DNA from: Laetmonice hystrix
Taxonomy: Eukaryota
Length of the DNA stretch: 64,000 nt
NCBI GenBank assembly: GCA_965235115.1
Contig: OZ249436.1
Span: 40,116,001-40,180,000, forward strand
Direction of reading: 5' to 3'
The translations under genes were made by a program, and so were the position numbers. Shown in pieces: positions 55,501 through 64,000 of this stretch. Below the pieces are notes generated by a model, which was not told where the DNA came from, did not search any database, and was given only the letters and a program-made list of their open reading frames with translations. The first letter of the stretch is position 1, and each line of letters begins with the position of its first letter.

Positions 55501-58500
55501 GGATTCCCAGGACGCACTGGAGCAACTGGGTTCCCTGGATCTGATGGTCGGCCTGGGGGCCCTGGATTCCCTGGTCGTACTGGAGCAACCGGTTCACCTG
55601 GAGGCCCTGGAGGCCCCGGTGGGCCTGGTAACCCAGGATCACCTGGACCACCTGGTACGACATCATAGTTGCTATAGCCCTTGCCTTCAGTCCATCCCGG
55701 GACTTCGTCTGTCCCAGAAAGGCTGCAGTATAAAGCTTCTGTTTAAAGATGGACCACAAACAGAGAAAGAGGGCGTTTCAATAGCCAAATATTTCCCTGG
55801 AGACCTGTCGCTTATATTATATGTCGTTAAATTTCCCTCGACATCAATATTTTAATAATTGTATGGTCCGTGTGTCAGTAATTCACACTCACAACAATTT
55901 ATGAACGACAGGTTTTGCTGGCTTACCTGGGCGCACTGGCGCAACTGGTTTCCCTGGTAACCCCGGGTCGGCCGGACGACCTGGCGGGCCTGGATTCCCA
56001 GGATCAAGCGGCGCAACTGGTAAAGTATCCCCTGAACTCTATAAGCTTTTTATTTAATCAGTCTTCACTAGTTACCATTTCTATGCCATTGCAATGTTTA
56101 AAATCTATAGTTGACACGGCGAAGTCGTCTTTCAGGATCACCCGGATCTCCTGGGAGAGACGGTTCCCCAGGAAGAAATGGAGAGCGTGGTTTCCCCGGA
56201 ACACCTGGAAGGGACGGAAGCGGCGCATCTGGTGCTACCGGCTTTCCTGGACCGCCTGGCGCAGCAGGCCGCCCTGGGGGCCCAGGCTTCCCTGGACGCA
56301 CAGGTGCAACTGGATTCGCTGGATCCCCTGGAAGAAATGGTTCGCCAGGCGGCCCTGGAGCAACTGGTAGGTATATTGGCGTACCCTAAAGCTTCATGAC
56401 TGCATAACTGCATCTTAACAGTTTAGAGTCATGTAATACGCCATTCAGAATATTCTAGAAAAGACATGTAGAGTCTACATTGAAAACAAAACACGTTGTG
56501 CATGCAGAACCTTTCCTTCGCAAGACCTCAAATATATTTCTCAGTGTATGTTGGAGGTCATTAGGAAAATGTTCATCTACGACATGTCAGCCCTTACAGA
56601 AAAATAACTAAAGGGTCATAATCCACTAAGCCGCCCGGCCGGTCAACCGATTCTGAAATTGCACGGGTGTGGTGGGCCCCTTTAGGCTATACACTGAACG
56701 TAGACATAAATCAGATATCTAAAATGTGAGCACAGACAAATATATTAGGGAATGTATTCCTATTGTATTATTTTTGACGCCGGTATAGTATAGATACTGT
56801 CCAACACAAACGTCGAGAACGCTAGTATCATGGACCTGCACTGATTTCCTTTCACAGGTTTGCCTGGCCGTTCCGGTCTCGACGGTAGCCCTGGTAGGCC
56901 TGGTGGACCCGGATTCCCAGGACGCACAGGAGCCACTGGATTCTCTGGACCCGCTGGTAACCCCGGGTCGCCGGGAGGACCAGGATTCCCTGGCAGGACT
57001 GGAGCAACAGGTTCCCCTGGATCTCCTGGTGGACCTGGTGGACCCGGCTTCCCCGGGGGGCCAGGAGCGACTGGATTGCCAGGGCCTCGAGGACCTTCAG
57101 GACTCTCGGGTGGTCCAGGTAGGAATTGGTGGCAAGAAACGTACACCGAGTGGCCAGGAGTCATATGGCCACATATCCATGATGCAAATTCTTAAAGCAT
57201 GCAGCAGAGGGTCCCTTTGAGTTCCCTAGTATGTAATAAACGCCTTTTTGATCCAATAAAAACGAAAGAAAATTGACATGACATTTTGATCTCTAAACTC
57301 ATGTCAAGACCCCATTTATTTGAATGACATACAACTGCTGTATTTTCCCTACGACCTCCAGGTCGCAATGGCCTGCCGGGACCGCCGGGAGCAACTGGTT
57401 TCAGCGGTAGAGACGGACGACCCGGAGCACAAGGTCCCCCCGGTAACCCCGGGACCCGCGGGCAGACGGGGGCAAGAGGTACGATGTCTGGTGTATACAG
57501 GCTCTATTTGTAAGATTTGAAGGGTTAAATTTTAACATTAACTTTACGGTCAGTGGTGTTTCTCTATGTCCTCGCCTATCGCAAGAGTTTTTGGAAATCT
57601 GAGATACTACCCCTCCCCCTAGGGCCTATACAGTATACCAAAAGTGTAGCGCCGACATTGTAAAATTAAAAGTATGTTGTGACCGCAACTAGGTTTCCCC
57701 GGAACCGCTGGTCGGGACGGCGGCCCTGGTACCAATGGATTCCCTGGTACCCCCGGACGTACTGGAGCGTCCGGTTTCCCAGGACCTCCTGGAGCCGGTA
57801 AGTGTTGGCTTCAAATTAAGGGAAGGCAGCTGGTTCCTCCTCTACAAACGTGCCCAAACATACATGGGCCCTTATGGATATCATCTTACTGACAAAATTC
57901 TGTTGGATATGTGTAATAATTGTGTTACATGTATCTGTTGTCAGGTTCGCCTGGACCTGTTGGACCGCGTGGTCCTCCTGGCCCTCGCGGATTCCCTGGT
58001 ACTGGCGGCGGCGGTGGCGGTGGCTTCAGTAAGTACAACTAGAAACACACTTTATACCAAAGGGAATACGGTATGAATGACGTGACAACTATTCAATATC
58101 ATTCAATTTGTAGTTCCCCTATAGAATGTTGTGTTCAGTTGTCATAATGTTATATTCCATACGTGCATGCCTCATTTCAGCCGGGGTGAACGAGTGCCTG
58201 CGGAACAATGGTGGATGCAGCCAAATCTGTAACGATATCTACAACAGCTTCTACTGCTCGTGCCGAACCGGTTACAGGATCTTCAACCGAGGATCCAGTT
58301 GTCCACGTATGTTGAAATCGCAAGCCATATTGCAAGGAAACAATGAATGTTTTATCTAAATCACCGTAGTGGCCCTTTGGGTATTGTGCAGTCTGCCTTA
58401 CCATTTGACAGCTGGAGAGTGAGCACATAGCGAAGAATTTATTATTATGTTTCAGAACGTCTGGGTCGAAGAAAAAGAGACCTTCGCGAACTTCCTGCAC

Positions 58501-61500
58501 TGCCATCTGAGGTTCACCAGCTAGACACCATTCACCACCGGTCAAAACGACAAACGTGTACGTACCAATTCTCCTCCATCGGAACTTATCTGTTAGAATA
58601 AGGTTAACAAGCAAAACGTTCTTCATCCTCGTCCTGTTGTTCCTGTTCCTGTTCATAAGGATTCAAAAAGAACTGTTACTTATAGTATAACAAGTAACAT
58701 AGCATTTAACAAATGGAATACGGAAAGTATTAACATAGAACAAACTTAAATAAATACAAATGTGTGTACATACAGAAAGTCAATGTCTTTCTTTGATGTT
58801 CTCGGATTTTCCCCACTCGTTAGATAAATATGCTAAAGAATGTTGTATGTTTGAATAACCTCTAAATATTTTTTCTCCAGTTCTGTGACTTTCATCTAGG
58901 CTCATGATATCATGAAACATGAAACATAATTTACTACTAGAAAATGCATGCGTCTTTGGTAGGAACTAATACATCTGATTTAATTTTAGCTTTACCTGTC
59001 TCTGTTTTAACGACATTTGTATAACCCACTATTACTGACACGGACAGATACGTAAGTATGCCTTGACAATCCCAATTCCCATTAGGTTCCCGCCTTCAGA
59101 CGGTACCTGATCCTGGCATGTAGTCCCATCCTCTTCCTCCAAACCGTCAACAGTTTCCTAGTCTACAATAGGAGTGGAGTTCTTTTTCGCCTGAAATCTG
59201 GCCCAGCCTCAGTCCAGACAACCAATGTGGAACTTTCCACTGGATCCCTTTCGCTCCTGCTGTCGCGATCCCCCGTGTATCCAACTAGGAAGATACTTCG
59301 ATGACTTCCAACCTCTCCGCCGTTTTCTCTCATTTTCTCGCTTCGGGTTCACCAGGTTATTTTGTTTGTTAAAACTTATCCAAATTTCTGCCAAATGTTA
59401 GCGTGCACCGAGCGCCTGGACCTGGTGTTCGTATTAGACAGTTCGGGCAGCATCAACCAAGAGGATCCCAACAACTGGCAACGAGTAAAAGACTTCCTGG
59501 CTCAGCTTATCAGTTCCCTCGATGTGGGACCCAATGCAATCCAAGTTGGCCTCGTCTTGTACTCAACAGACGCAAGGAATGAGTTTTATCTTGACACCTT
59601 TAGAAACAAGCGTGATATTATAGCGAGGGTAAGGGACCTATCTTATCTGGACGCGGGCACCAACACGGCCCTTGGCCTGGAGTTTATGACCCGCGACCAG
59701 TTCTCGCGTGCTCATGGGGACCGCAATGACGCCCCAAATGTCGCCGTCGTCATCACCGATGGCGCCTCCAACGAGAATCAAGCGAGGACCATCCCTAACG
59801 CAGTCGCTGCCAGGAACACTAAAAATGTCGATATCATAAGCATCGGCATCACAAATCAAATCAACGTCGAGGAGTTAAGGCGCATGTCGAGTGAGCCTCA
59901 AGTAGAAAACCGCAACTGGTTCAGAACACCGAACTTCGAACAGCTCAATTCAATCGTTCAGCGTGTGTCCAACAGGGTATGCATCAATAGGCCAATCCCG
60001 CCTGGACCAAGACCTTCTCCAGGGCCTACTCGTGAGTAAAAACGAATTATGAATACCTGAATAAGTAGCAATATTCTCCACCTATCTTTCCCATGCCTAA
60101 AGAGCTTGGCCCATATTGCCTGCCCTTGGTACTGCTGGATTAGTTCGCTCTCAGGAAAAAAGTTCTCCTGCTAATAGTGGCATTTCCGAGCCGTCGGGAC
60201 AGTGTGGACTGGTGATATTGTCAATCGGGTCTGGGGGAATCCTGGATCCAAGGACAGCAAACGTATTTAGCCAACACTTCTGTTCTTCATATAGTGTCAA
60301 CATTCCTAAGACCCAGACCCAGAGTACAGGTGGATGATGGATATCGCAAAGGGCGAATCAGTATGTTTTATTTCCTTATAGGAAACAAATAAGAGGGGCA
60401 TAGCCCCGTCCGAACCTGACCCGGTTCCGACGGCTTTGCTTTTAAGTTTAAGAAACCGCCAAACTCTAAAATATGCCGCTATAGTAGGAACTAACTAATC
60501 TCAACCTTTCCCTAAAACTACCTGAGTACATCAATCAATAGTAGGTCTCTGCTATGATAAGTTCACACCAGTAGTGATAACAAACTCCCAGCCATATTTT
60601 GTACTGAAACCCAATTCAAGTTGCAATTTTCGTCAGCAGGTCAGAAGAGCAAGTATATCGTTGATCGCTAACTTTAACATGTTTATTGATCACTAGCCTG
60701 CACGGAGCGCCTGGACCTGGTGTTTGTTCTAGATAGCTCCGGGAGTATTAATGACTTTGATCCTGAAAACTGGCAACGAGTTAAAAACTTTGTGGCGTCC
60801 ATTATCAGCTCACTTAACGTGAACCTCGATGCCGTTCGGGTTGGTCTGGTGACGTTTTCATCGGAAGCTAAAAACGAGTTCTTCCTCAACACCTATAACG
60901 ACAAAGATGAAATGTTGCGAAAAGTGAACGGCTTGGTTTACATGGGCAAGGGAACTAACACGGCCCTAGGTATAGAGTTGATGTGCAGTGAACAGTTCAT
61001 AATGGTACGCGGCGACAGACGTGATGCTCCGAACGTTGCTGTCGTCATAACCGATGGTGCTTCGCTTGAGGATGCTGACAAAACCATCCCAAAAGCAGTC
61101 CTGGCCCGCAGTGACGGAATCAACATCATCTCCATCGGCGTCACGGACAACATCAATGTCGATGAGCTACGACTGATCTCAAGTGAACCGCAGAGGGAAA
61201 ACGAAAACTGGTTCAGAACCCCAGATTTCCAGCAACTTAGTTCAATTGTGCAAAGTGTCGGTAGGCGTGTTTGCATGAGTACCGGACCTGTAGGCCCATC
61301 AACTGTAACAGCTGTGAGGCCGCAAACACCCATACCTACTGTAACACCCACTGGTGAGTGGTAGTTTTAATGTCTTTCCATCTTTTGGCTATGCCCCTTA
61401 TATGCAAGAGCTTGGAGAGACATTTGGTAGCTCCAGAGCTGCAAAAATACGCATAGCCCCAGTATACCTACTACATCCTTGCGCTCAAGACTGCTGCCGA

Positions 61501-64000
61501 TTTTGAAGACTTCATGCATTATACTCTTGACGCAATCCGGAATGCCTCTTGTATGTGTACTTTTGCCATTTGAATCCAATCTGACTGCAAAGGAAGCTGT
61601 GCAAAGATACTTCTCTGACTTTCCACATACTGCATCGCCCAGTCCTCGCTTTACGCCAGTGTAAACAGTTCAACGTTATTTGACTGTAAGAACCTGGCTG
61701 GAATAGGTCCTTGTGCATCACGTAATTGCTTGCAATACTATTGGAGGCTTAGGGGTCTGGCAACATCTTTCTTACAAATATCTCAAGCATAGTGGCTTAT
61801 CAACGAAGAGTTTTCGAACCTACATGGCTATAGAGTATGCACTTGTGCATACCCACATATGCGAGGGGTGGATCCAGGATTTTGGGAGACTAGAGGTATA
61901 TGTCGGGCCTGCCCTCCGAAAATGTTACCATCAGGTCCCACCCTTTAGATCCGCCACTGCATGCATACATACATACATACATACATACATACATACATAC
62001 ATACATACATACATACATACATACATACATACATACATACATACATACATACATACATACATACATACATACATACATACATACATACATACATACATAC
62101 ATACATACATACATACATACATACATACATACATACATACATACATACATACATACATACATACATACATACATACATACATACATACATACATACATAC
62201 ATACATACATACATACATACATACACCCATACACACATACATACATACATACATACATACATACATACATACATACATACATACATACATACATACATAC
62301 ATCTACATACACTTTATACAAACATACCGTAGTATCAAGTAGTACATGCTTTAACCATGTTACTACTTATATACCGTACCCAGGGGGGTTCCAGGGGTTC
62401 CGACTGGGTCGAGCTGCCCTTTGCCCATGCTGTGAACCCCTTTCCATCAGAATTTTAATCTCCAGATGCCGGAAAGTTTTGACCTTTAAAACTGACAGGG
62501 CCTCAGACCCCCCCCCCCCCCCCCCCCCCCGAACGAGTTGCTCCTTCGGCGCTCGCGGCCTTACATGGACCCTCCTCCTTCAGGTCAATCCTGGGTACGG
62601 GCCTGCGGATGGCATGCATAGTTCCCCCTTTTCATGTGACACGTCATCTCATGATATCCTGAGGTTGCGTTTTTTTCTTTTTGGCTAGCAGCCTGTATAC
62701 AGATGTCCTTAGACAGTCAAGGAATATCAACATGCAGGATCGAAAGAACTGGCAACGTGTGAAGGAATTTGTCAATAAACACGCTTACTATTGGACCAAA
62801 GGTAGTCCGTGTAGGGCTTGTGTTGTATTCAACTACGACATCCAACCGTTTATACTTTATCAATAAGGATGATAGACTGAGAGTGGTGAGGAAACTTGAA
62901 ATACCTTGAAAAGGCCACCAATACGACCGAGAGACTAAAGCTGATGACTGGGGATCAGTTTGTGTGGGTCTGAGGGGACCGTGACGGTATCCCCAATGTT
63001 GACGGGGTCTCCACCATTGGTCCTCAGTCGACCGTCCTCTGTGCTGTCCAGGCACGGTGTGAGGACTTCACTATTGTCATCATCGGCGTCACTGAAAAGG
63101 TCAATGTCACCGAGTTAAGATGTCAAGCGAACCACAACTCGAAAACCAAAACTGGTTCCGCATAGCCGATTTTCAGCTCCTCTGTTGTTCAAAATGCCAT
63201 GAGCAGTCTTTGTAGGCAACGTTCGACCCTACCGGCGTTTGGTGAGTAGAGGCGTCTATACACAGGTCTTCACGGCCTTCTACATGCTCGCCTTGACAAC
63301 CTAGACTAAACCCTGCTTATAATATTGTGAGTTGTTCTCTCTATAGACTGCAACAGCTGCATTTCTGACCAGTCGCCCTAACTGTCCGATCTCTGGGCAG
63401 TCGGTTCAAGGAAGACACAAGTCAGTATTTCCTACTTTCTACGGTTTGCACTCCAGCCAAGCCTTGCTTTCATATCATACCTCGAAGGACACGAAATGAC
63501 AACAGGAAACTGACCTACGCAACTGTTGACAGTCATGTCTCCTCACTCCACAAGTGGCCATCTGAACTCGAGACAGTTGGGATGAGACTGGTGGTCTACA
63601 TCCGTTACAACATCCTTATTCATTTCACTTTTTACTCTTCTGGTTGCTTTCAGCCCCTGGCCGTTGTACAGTAATAGTCGACATCGTATTTATTCTCGAC
63701 GCGTCGGTATCGGTTGGGCAAACGAATTGGTACACACTCATACAGATTCTTCTCGACGTTTTGCGAACTTTTGACATGGGACGCGACAGGGTTCAAGTTG
63801 GTATTGTGAGGTTTGATACAACAGCTTCCATAGAAATACCACTTGGACAAACGAGTAACAGAAACGAATTGAAGCAGAGGCTACTCCGGATACAATACAC
63901 AGGGACGGGATCTAACATTGCCGAAGGTTTCAGGCAAGCGAGAGAAACGTTCACAAGAAGAGGTCGGCAAGGAGTCTCAAGGGTGGCAGTGCTGTTTGCA
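19514..64000 (+). CDS. Giant secreted VWA-collagen-EGF-VWA extracellular matrix protein (multi-exon, >=40 exons, >3,100 aa, 3' end beyond window)
   Basis: Hand-assembled GT-AG exons join in frame with no stops: signal peptide, 3 VWA, ~1,880 aa Gly-X-Y, EGF, dibasic-site linker, >=3 VWA. All introns after the first are phase 1. Linkage of exon 1 is inferred. Confidence 0.85.
20231..21220. repeat. 38/46-bp minisatellite, ~24 copies
   Basis: Unit aggcttccatgaaccctgcctcgaccacattgatcagt; early copies carry an extra ctagggcc. Confidence 0.95.
21349..22055. repeat. 50-bp minisatellite, ~14 copies
   Basis: Unit gccatatgggcgtacggtactgttacgatattcagtatccgtgattcctt. Confidence 0.95.
22062..22487. mobile_element. 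PIF/Harbinger-like MITE
   Basis: TIR agggccttgtccactg / cagtggacaaggccct; TAA on both sides. Confidence 0.85.
24958..25110. mobile_element. Small GGCGGATCC-ended (hAT-like) MITE
   Basis: Ends ggcggatccag / ctagatctgccactg; related copies at ~28005-28177 and ~61863-61959. Confidence 0.55.
26256..26676. mobile_element. Foldback MITE with ~165-bp inverted arms
   Basis: ttggaaacttgttgtcagtcac/gtgactgacaacaagtttccaa, atatcaatggaaagctcatt/aatgagctttccattgatat, atcacttgtatcagggct/agccctgatacaagtgat. Confidence 0.8.
28196..28459 (+). mobile_element. tRNA-derived SINE with V-domain-like core, full length with TSD
   Basis: A box tagccgagtgg, B-box-like ttcgatctcc, core ggtttcctccgggcacgccggtttcctccacc, (CCCA)n tail; TSD cgttcttca(c/t)tt at 28184-28195 and 28460-28471. 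Confidence 0.85.
28472..30107. repeat. 86-bp satellite, ~19 near-identical copies
   Basis: Unit gctatctacgcggggacacagggatgaatgggtcacgagtagtataccctcgtgttgtgaatggagttttattattatatatatta; one more copy at 34866-34950. Confidence 0.97.
30108..30406 (+). pseudogene. C-terminal remnant of LINE ORF1, probably SGNH/GDSL esterase type
   Basis: Open frame ending in TAA at 30406 with LTDGIHY (SGNH block V DGxH) followed by an amphipathic helix; cut off at the satellite junction. Confidence 0.55.
30423..30958. repeat. 43/50-bp minisatellite between LINE ORF1 and ORF2, ~12 copies
   Basis: Unit gggggtcgtggatacacgcctcaactgtaaactagaaacttgc, some with an extra tgtaaac. Confidence 0.95.
31183..34239 (+). CDS. 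LINE ORF2: apurinic endonuclease + reverse transcriptase
   Basis: Frame is open from 31177. APE motifs [42 protein letters not shown] motifs [38 protein letters not shown]. First ATG (31483) lies inside the endonuclease domain. Confidence 0.93.
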   Translation: MADSEEDILNNYLDAYALGETENVLDIFNINSKYYEIDDIKSQENIENTPKYQVLHLNIQGLSSSLEKLKELITELKIRNINLDFILICETFLTHPYANNMYEIPGYKFICRNRINKVKGRVAMYISNKYEYQTRDDLAPHIEGEFETLFVEVESNRRKTKAIIGEVYRIPNTCEKTAVNRYELTMANIKQTKIKDVIIGTDQNLDYLKINKHENTANLFELFMASGYIPTITRPTRITHSSATLIDNIYTNLNCKTQIKSGIIITDISDHFPVFALIGTGPREDRQDRRYSYRDLSEGNIKIICNYLKQINWNYLHNLEVIESYSEFLDKLNEVMDTVAPTKNKTIPAKHINREPWITRGILKSSKTSSKLYKKQLGKANDHPKRLKYIDYRNRFNSIKRKMKQMYYTNLLSIHKNNIKKTWDILRSLICKQNDKSTIYDSFNIEGETINDHTKIANEFCKFFTNIGKIQADKIKNPNRKYDQYLNMVDQNNPQCSRGNSLYLEPTDPVEIFNIISSLKPKKSKGHDMLTTCFIKQINQDICLPISIIVNKSISTGIVPNDLKIAKIIPVYKSKEKNVIENYRPISILPPISKILEKVIHKRLYNFVQNKIFKSQYGFRPKHSTVQAVTEFNMNIIAAFENKSHCLATFLDLSKAFDTIDHVILLNKLHSYGVRGLAYAWFKNYLSERRQYVHLNDTDSDQMEINCGVPQGSVLGPLLFIIYTNDLTKCLKHLKAILFADDTTVYLVSADVATLYANMNNDLEILNDSFRANKLSLNINKTTYMHFKSTAGQKPNLGTYAVRIGESIITQVNTFKFLGMVIDNKCNWHNHIEHCKAKIASSLYIINQVKNIMPPKQLRILYTSLIQPHLEYGLVLWGGTHQTYIKKLTILQKRGIRYIKKCKYNEHTEPIFKELEILPLSELYVYNLGKLMYNYYANTLPLPLKELLIVNSNLYGYNTRHAADPHLPRCRLNQAQQSPIYRAITAWYDLPNHIKYARNKRAFNQILKRYLIQNINPN
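35215..35520. repeat. 63-bp minisatellite, ~4.5 copies
   Basis: Unit acaattatcaatataggcagttcaaatgtccaaatagctaattcaatgtttaattagcgaata. Confidence 0.92.
36822..36861 (+). CDS. Exon 2: signal peptide hydrophobic core ([13 protein letters not shown])
   Basis: Acceptor tatcttttcag, donor G|GTAAGG; G+AA joins to [10 protein letters not shown] of the next exon. Confidence 0.8.
36979..37584 (+). CDS. Exon 3: VWA domain 1
   Basis: [35 protein letters not shown]; acceptor ctgtacag, donor G|GTGAGT. Confidence 0.92.
40099..40665 (+). CDS. Exon 4: VWA domain 2
   Basis: [37 protein letters not shown]; acceptor ttttccag, donor A|GTAAGT. Confidence 0.92.
41521..42117 (+). CDS. Exon 5: VWA domain 3 (degenerate MIDAS)
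   Basis: [35 protein letters not shown]; acceptor ctttcag, donor G|GTAGGG. Confidence 0.88.
42228..43083. mobile_element. Tc1/mariner-like non-autonomous element in intron 5
   Basis: TIR tatcgggtggataaaaaaaacgccccgaactttaaact and its inverse, ~200-bp imperfect arms, TA flanks. Confidence 0.85.
43338..58028 (+). CDS. Exons 6-35: collagen triple-helical domain (~1,880 aa) ending in a Gly7 hinge
   Basis: Gly-X-Y exons with split Gly codons: 43338-43481, 43668-43775, 44146-44325, 44590-44733, 45039-45146, 45302-45553, 45783-46007, 46156-46272, 46428-46535, 46742-46858, 47032-47352, 47552-47695, 48107-48439, 48640-48864, 49062-49286, 49412-49636, 49855-49962, 50070-50348, 50454-50561, 50681-50914, 51041-51319, 51556-51942, 55074-55181, 55376-55654, 55912-56019, 56136-56366, 56858-57118, 57362-57478, 57693-57797, 57945-58028. 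Confidence 0.93.
51997..54975. mobile_element. Non-autonomous hAT-like element with 6-bp TSD
   Basis: TIR cagggatgaaagt / actttcatccctg; ACCTAT duplicated at 51991-51996 and 54976-54981; subterminal tcaggaaattt motifs. Confidence 0.85.
52528..54061. mobile_element. Nested non-autonomous element, IS3EU-like (TATGG ends, 6-bp TSD)
   Basis: 26-bp TIR tatggtggcccaaaagtatcatctcg and its inverse; ATTATG duplicated at 52522-52527 and 54062-54067; inverted subterminal arrays of ~29-bp and 21-bp units. Confidence 0.85.
58181..58306 (+). CDS. Exon 36: calcium-binding-type EGF domain
   Basis: [39 protein letters not shown], six Cys in EGF spacing; acceptor atttcag, donor C|GTATGT. Confidence 0.9.
58456..58557 (+). 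CDS. Exon 37: linker with two proprotein-convertase (furin-type) sites
   Basis: Acceptor atgtttcag, donor T|GTACGT, 102 nt, phase 1/1; reads [34 protein letters not shown]. Not in the ORF track. Confidence 0.72.
59402..60031 (+). CDS. Exon 38: VWA domain 4
   Basis: [35 protein letters not shown]; Pro-rich tail; donor C|GTGAGT. Confidence 0.92.
60697..61353 (+). CDS. Exon 39: VWA domain 5 (tandem duplicate of VWA4)
   Basis: [44 protein letters not shown]; donor G|GTGAGT. Confidence 0.92.
61964..62302. repeat. (ATAC)n microsatellite, ~85 units
   Basis: Direct reading; source of the YIHT/MYVC ORFs. Confidence 0.98.
62690..63241 (+). pseudogene. Decayed VWA pseudo-exon (third copy of the VWA4/5 exon)
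   Basis: Fragments [61 protein letters not shown] in shifting frames with stops and deletions; retains a G|GTGAGT donor at 63241/63242. Confidence 0.8.
63654..64000 (+). CDS. Exon 40 (partial): VWA domain 6
   Basis: Acceptor gctttcag; [44 protein letters not shown]; open to the window end. Confidence 0.88.

Noticed and set aside
43184..57220. Minus-strand and shifted-frame ORFs with PG/GP repeats
   Set aside because: Shadows of the GGN-CCN-rich collagen exons; splice signals support only the + strand Gly-X-Y frame.
58990..59051. Extra exon ending at the GTAAGT donor at ~59052
   Set aside because: In-frame TAA in the required phase from the nearest acceptor.
61009..61017. RGD integrin motif in VWA5 (also in VWA3)
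   Set aside because: It falls in the common VWA GDR loop and the duplicate VWA4 has HGD, so it is probably incidental.
61713..62688. YIHT/MYVC repeat ORFs
   Set aside because: Translations of an (ATAC)n microsatellite.

Overview
Eukaryotic (invertebrate animal, lophotrochozoan-like by inference) genomic DNA; no prokaryotic features or CRISPR array. Most of the window is one large + strand spliced gene that I assembled by hand. It has a TATA/Inr promoter and first coding exon at ~19.3-19.5 kb, a 17.3-kb first intron, and then signal peptide - 3 VWA domains - a ~1,880-residue Gly-X-Y triple helix in 30 phase-1 exons - Gly hinge - Ca-binding-type EGF - an exon with two furin-type sites (RRKR, RSKR) - at least 3 more VWA domains, running off the window end (>3,100 aa). 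A decayed VWA pseudo-exon lies between the last two VWA exons. Intron 1 holds a 5'-truncated CR1/L2-group LINE (esterase-type ORF1 remnant, stop-free APE-RT ORF2 that starts at ATA) inserted in an 86-bp satellite, plus SINEs, MITEs and several minisatellites. A later intron holds a nested pair of non-autonomous DNA transposons, each with a 6-bp TSD. The first 19 kb is intergenic and full of MITEs, SINEs, a Helentron/HINE-like element and tandem repeats. All coordinates were read by eye, and family names are pattern-based, not from database searches.
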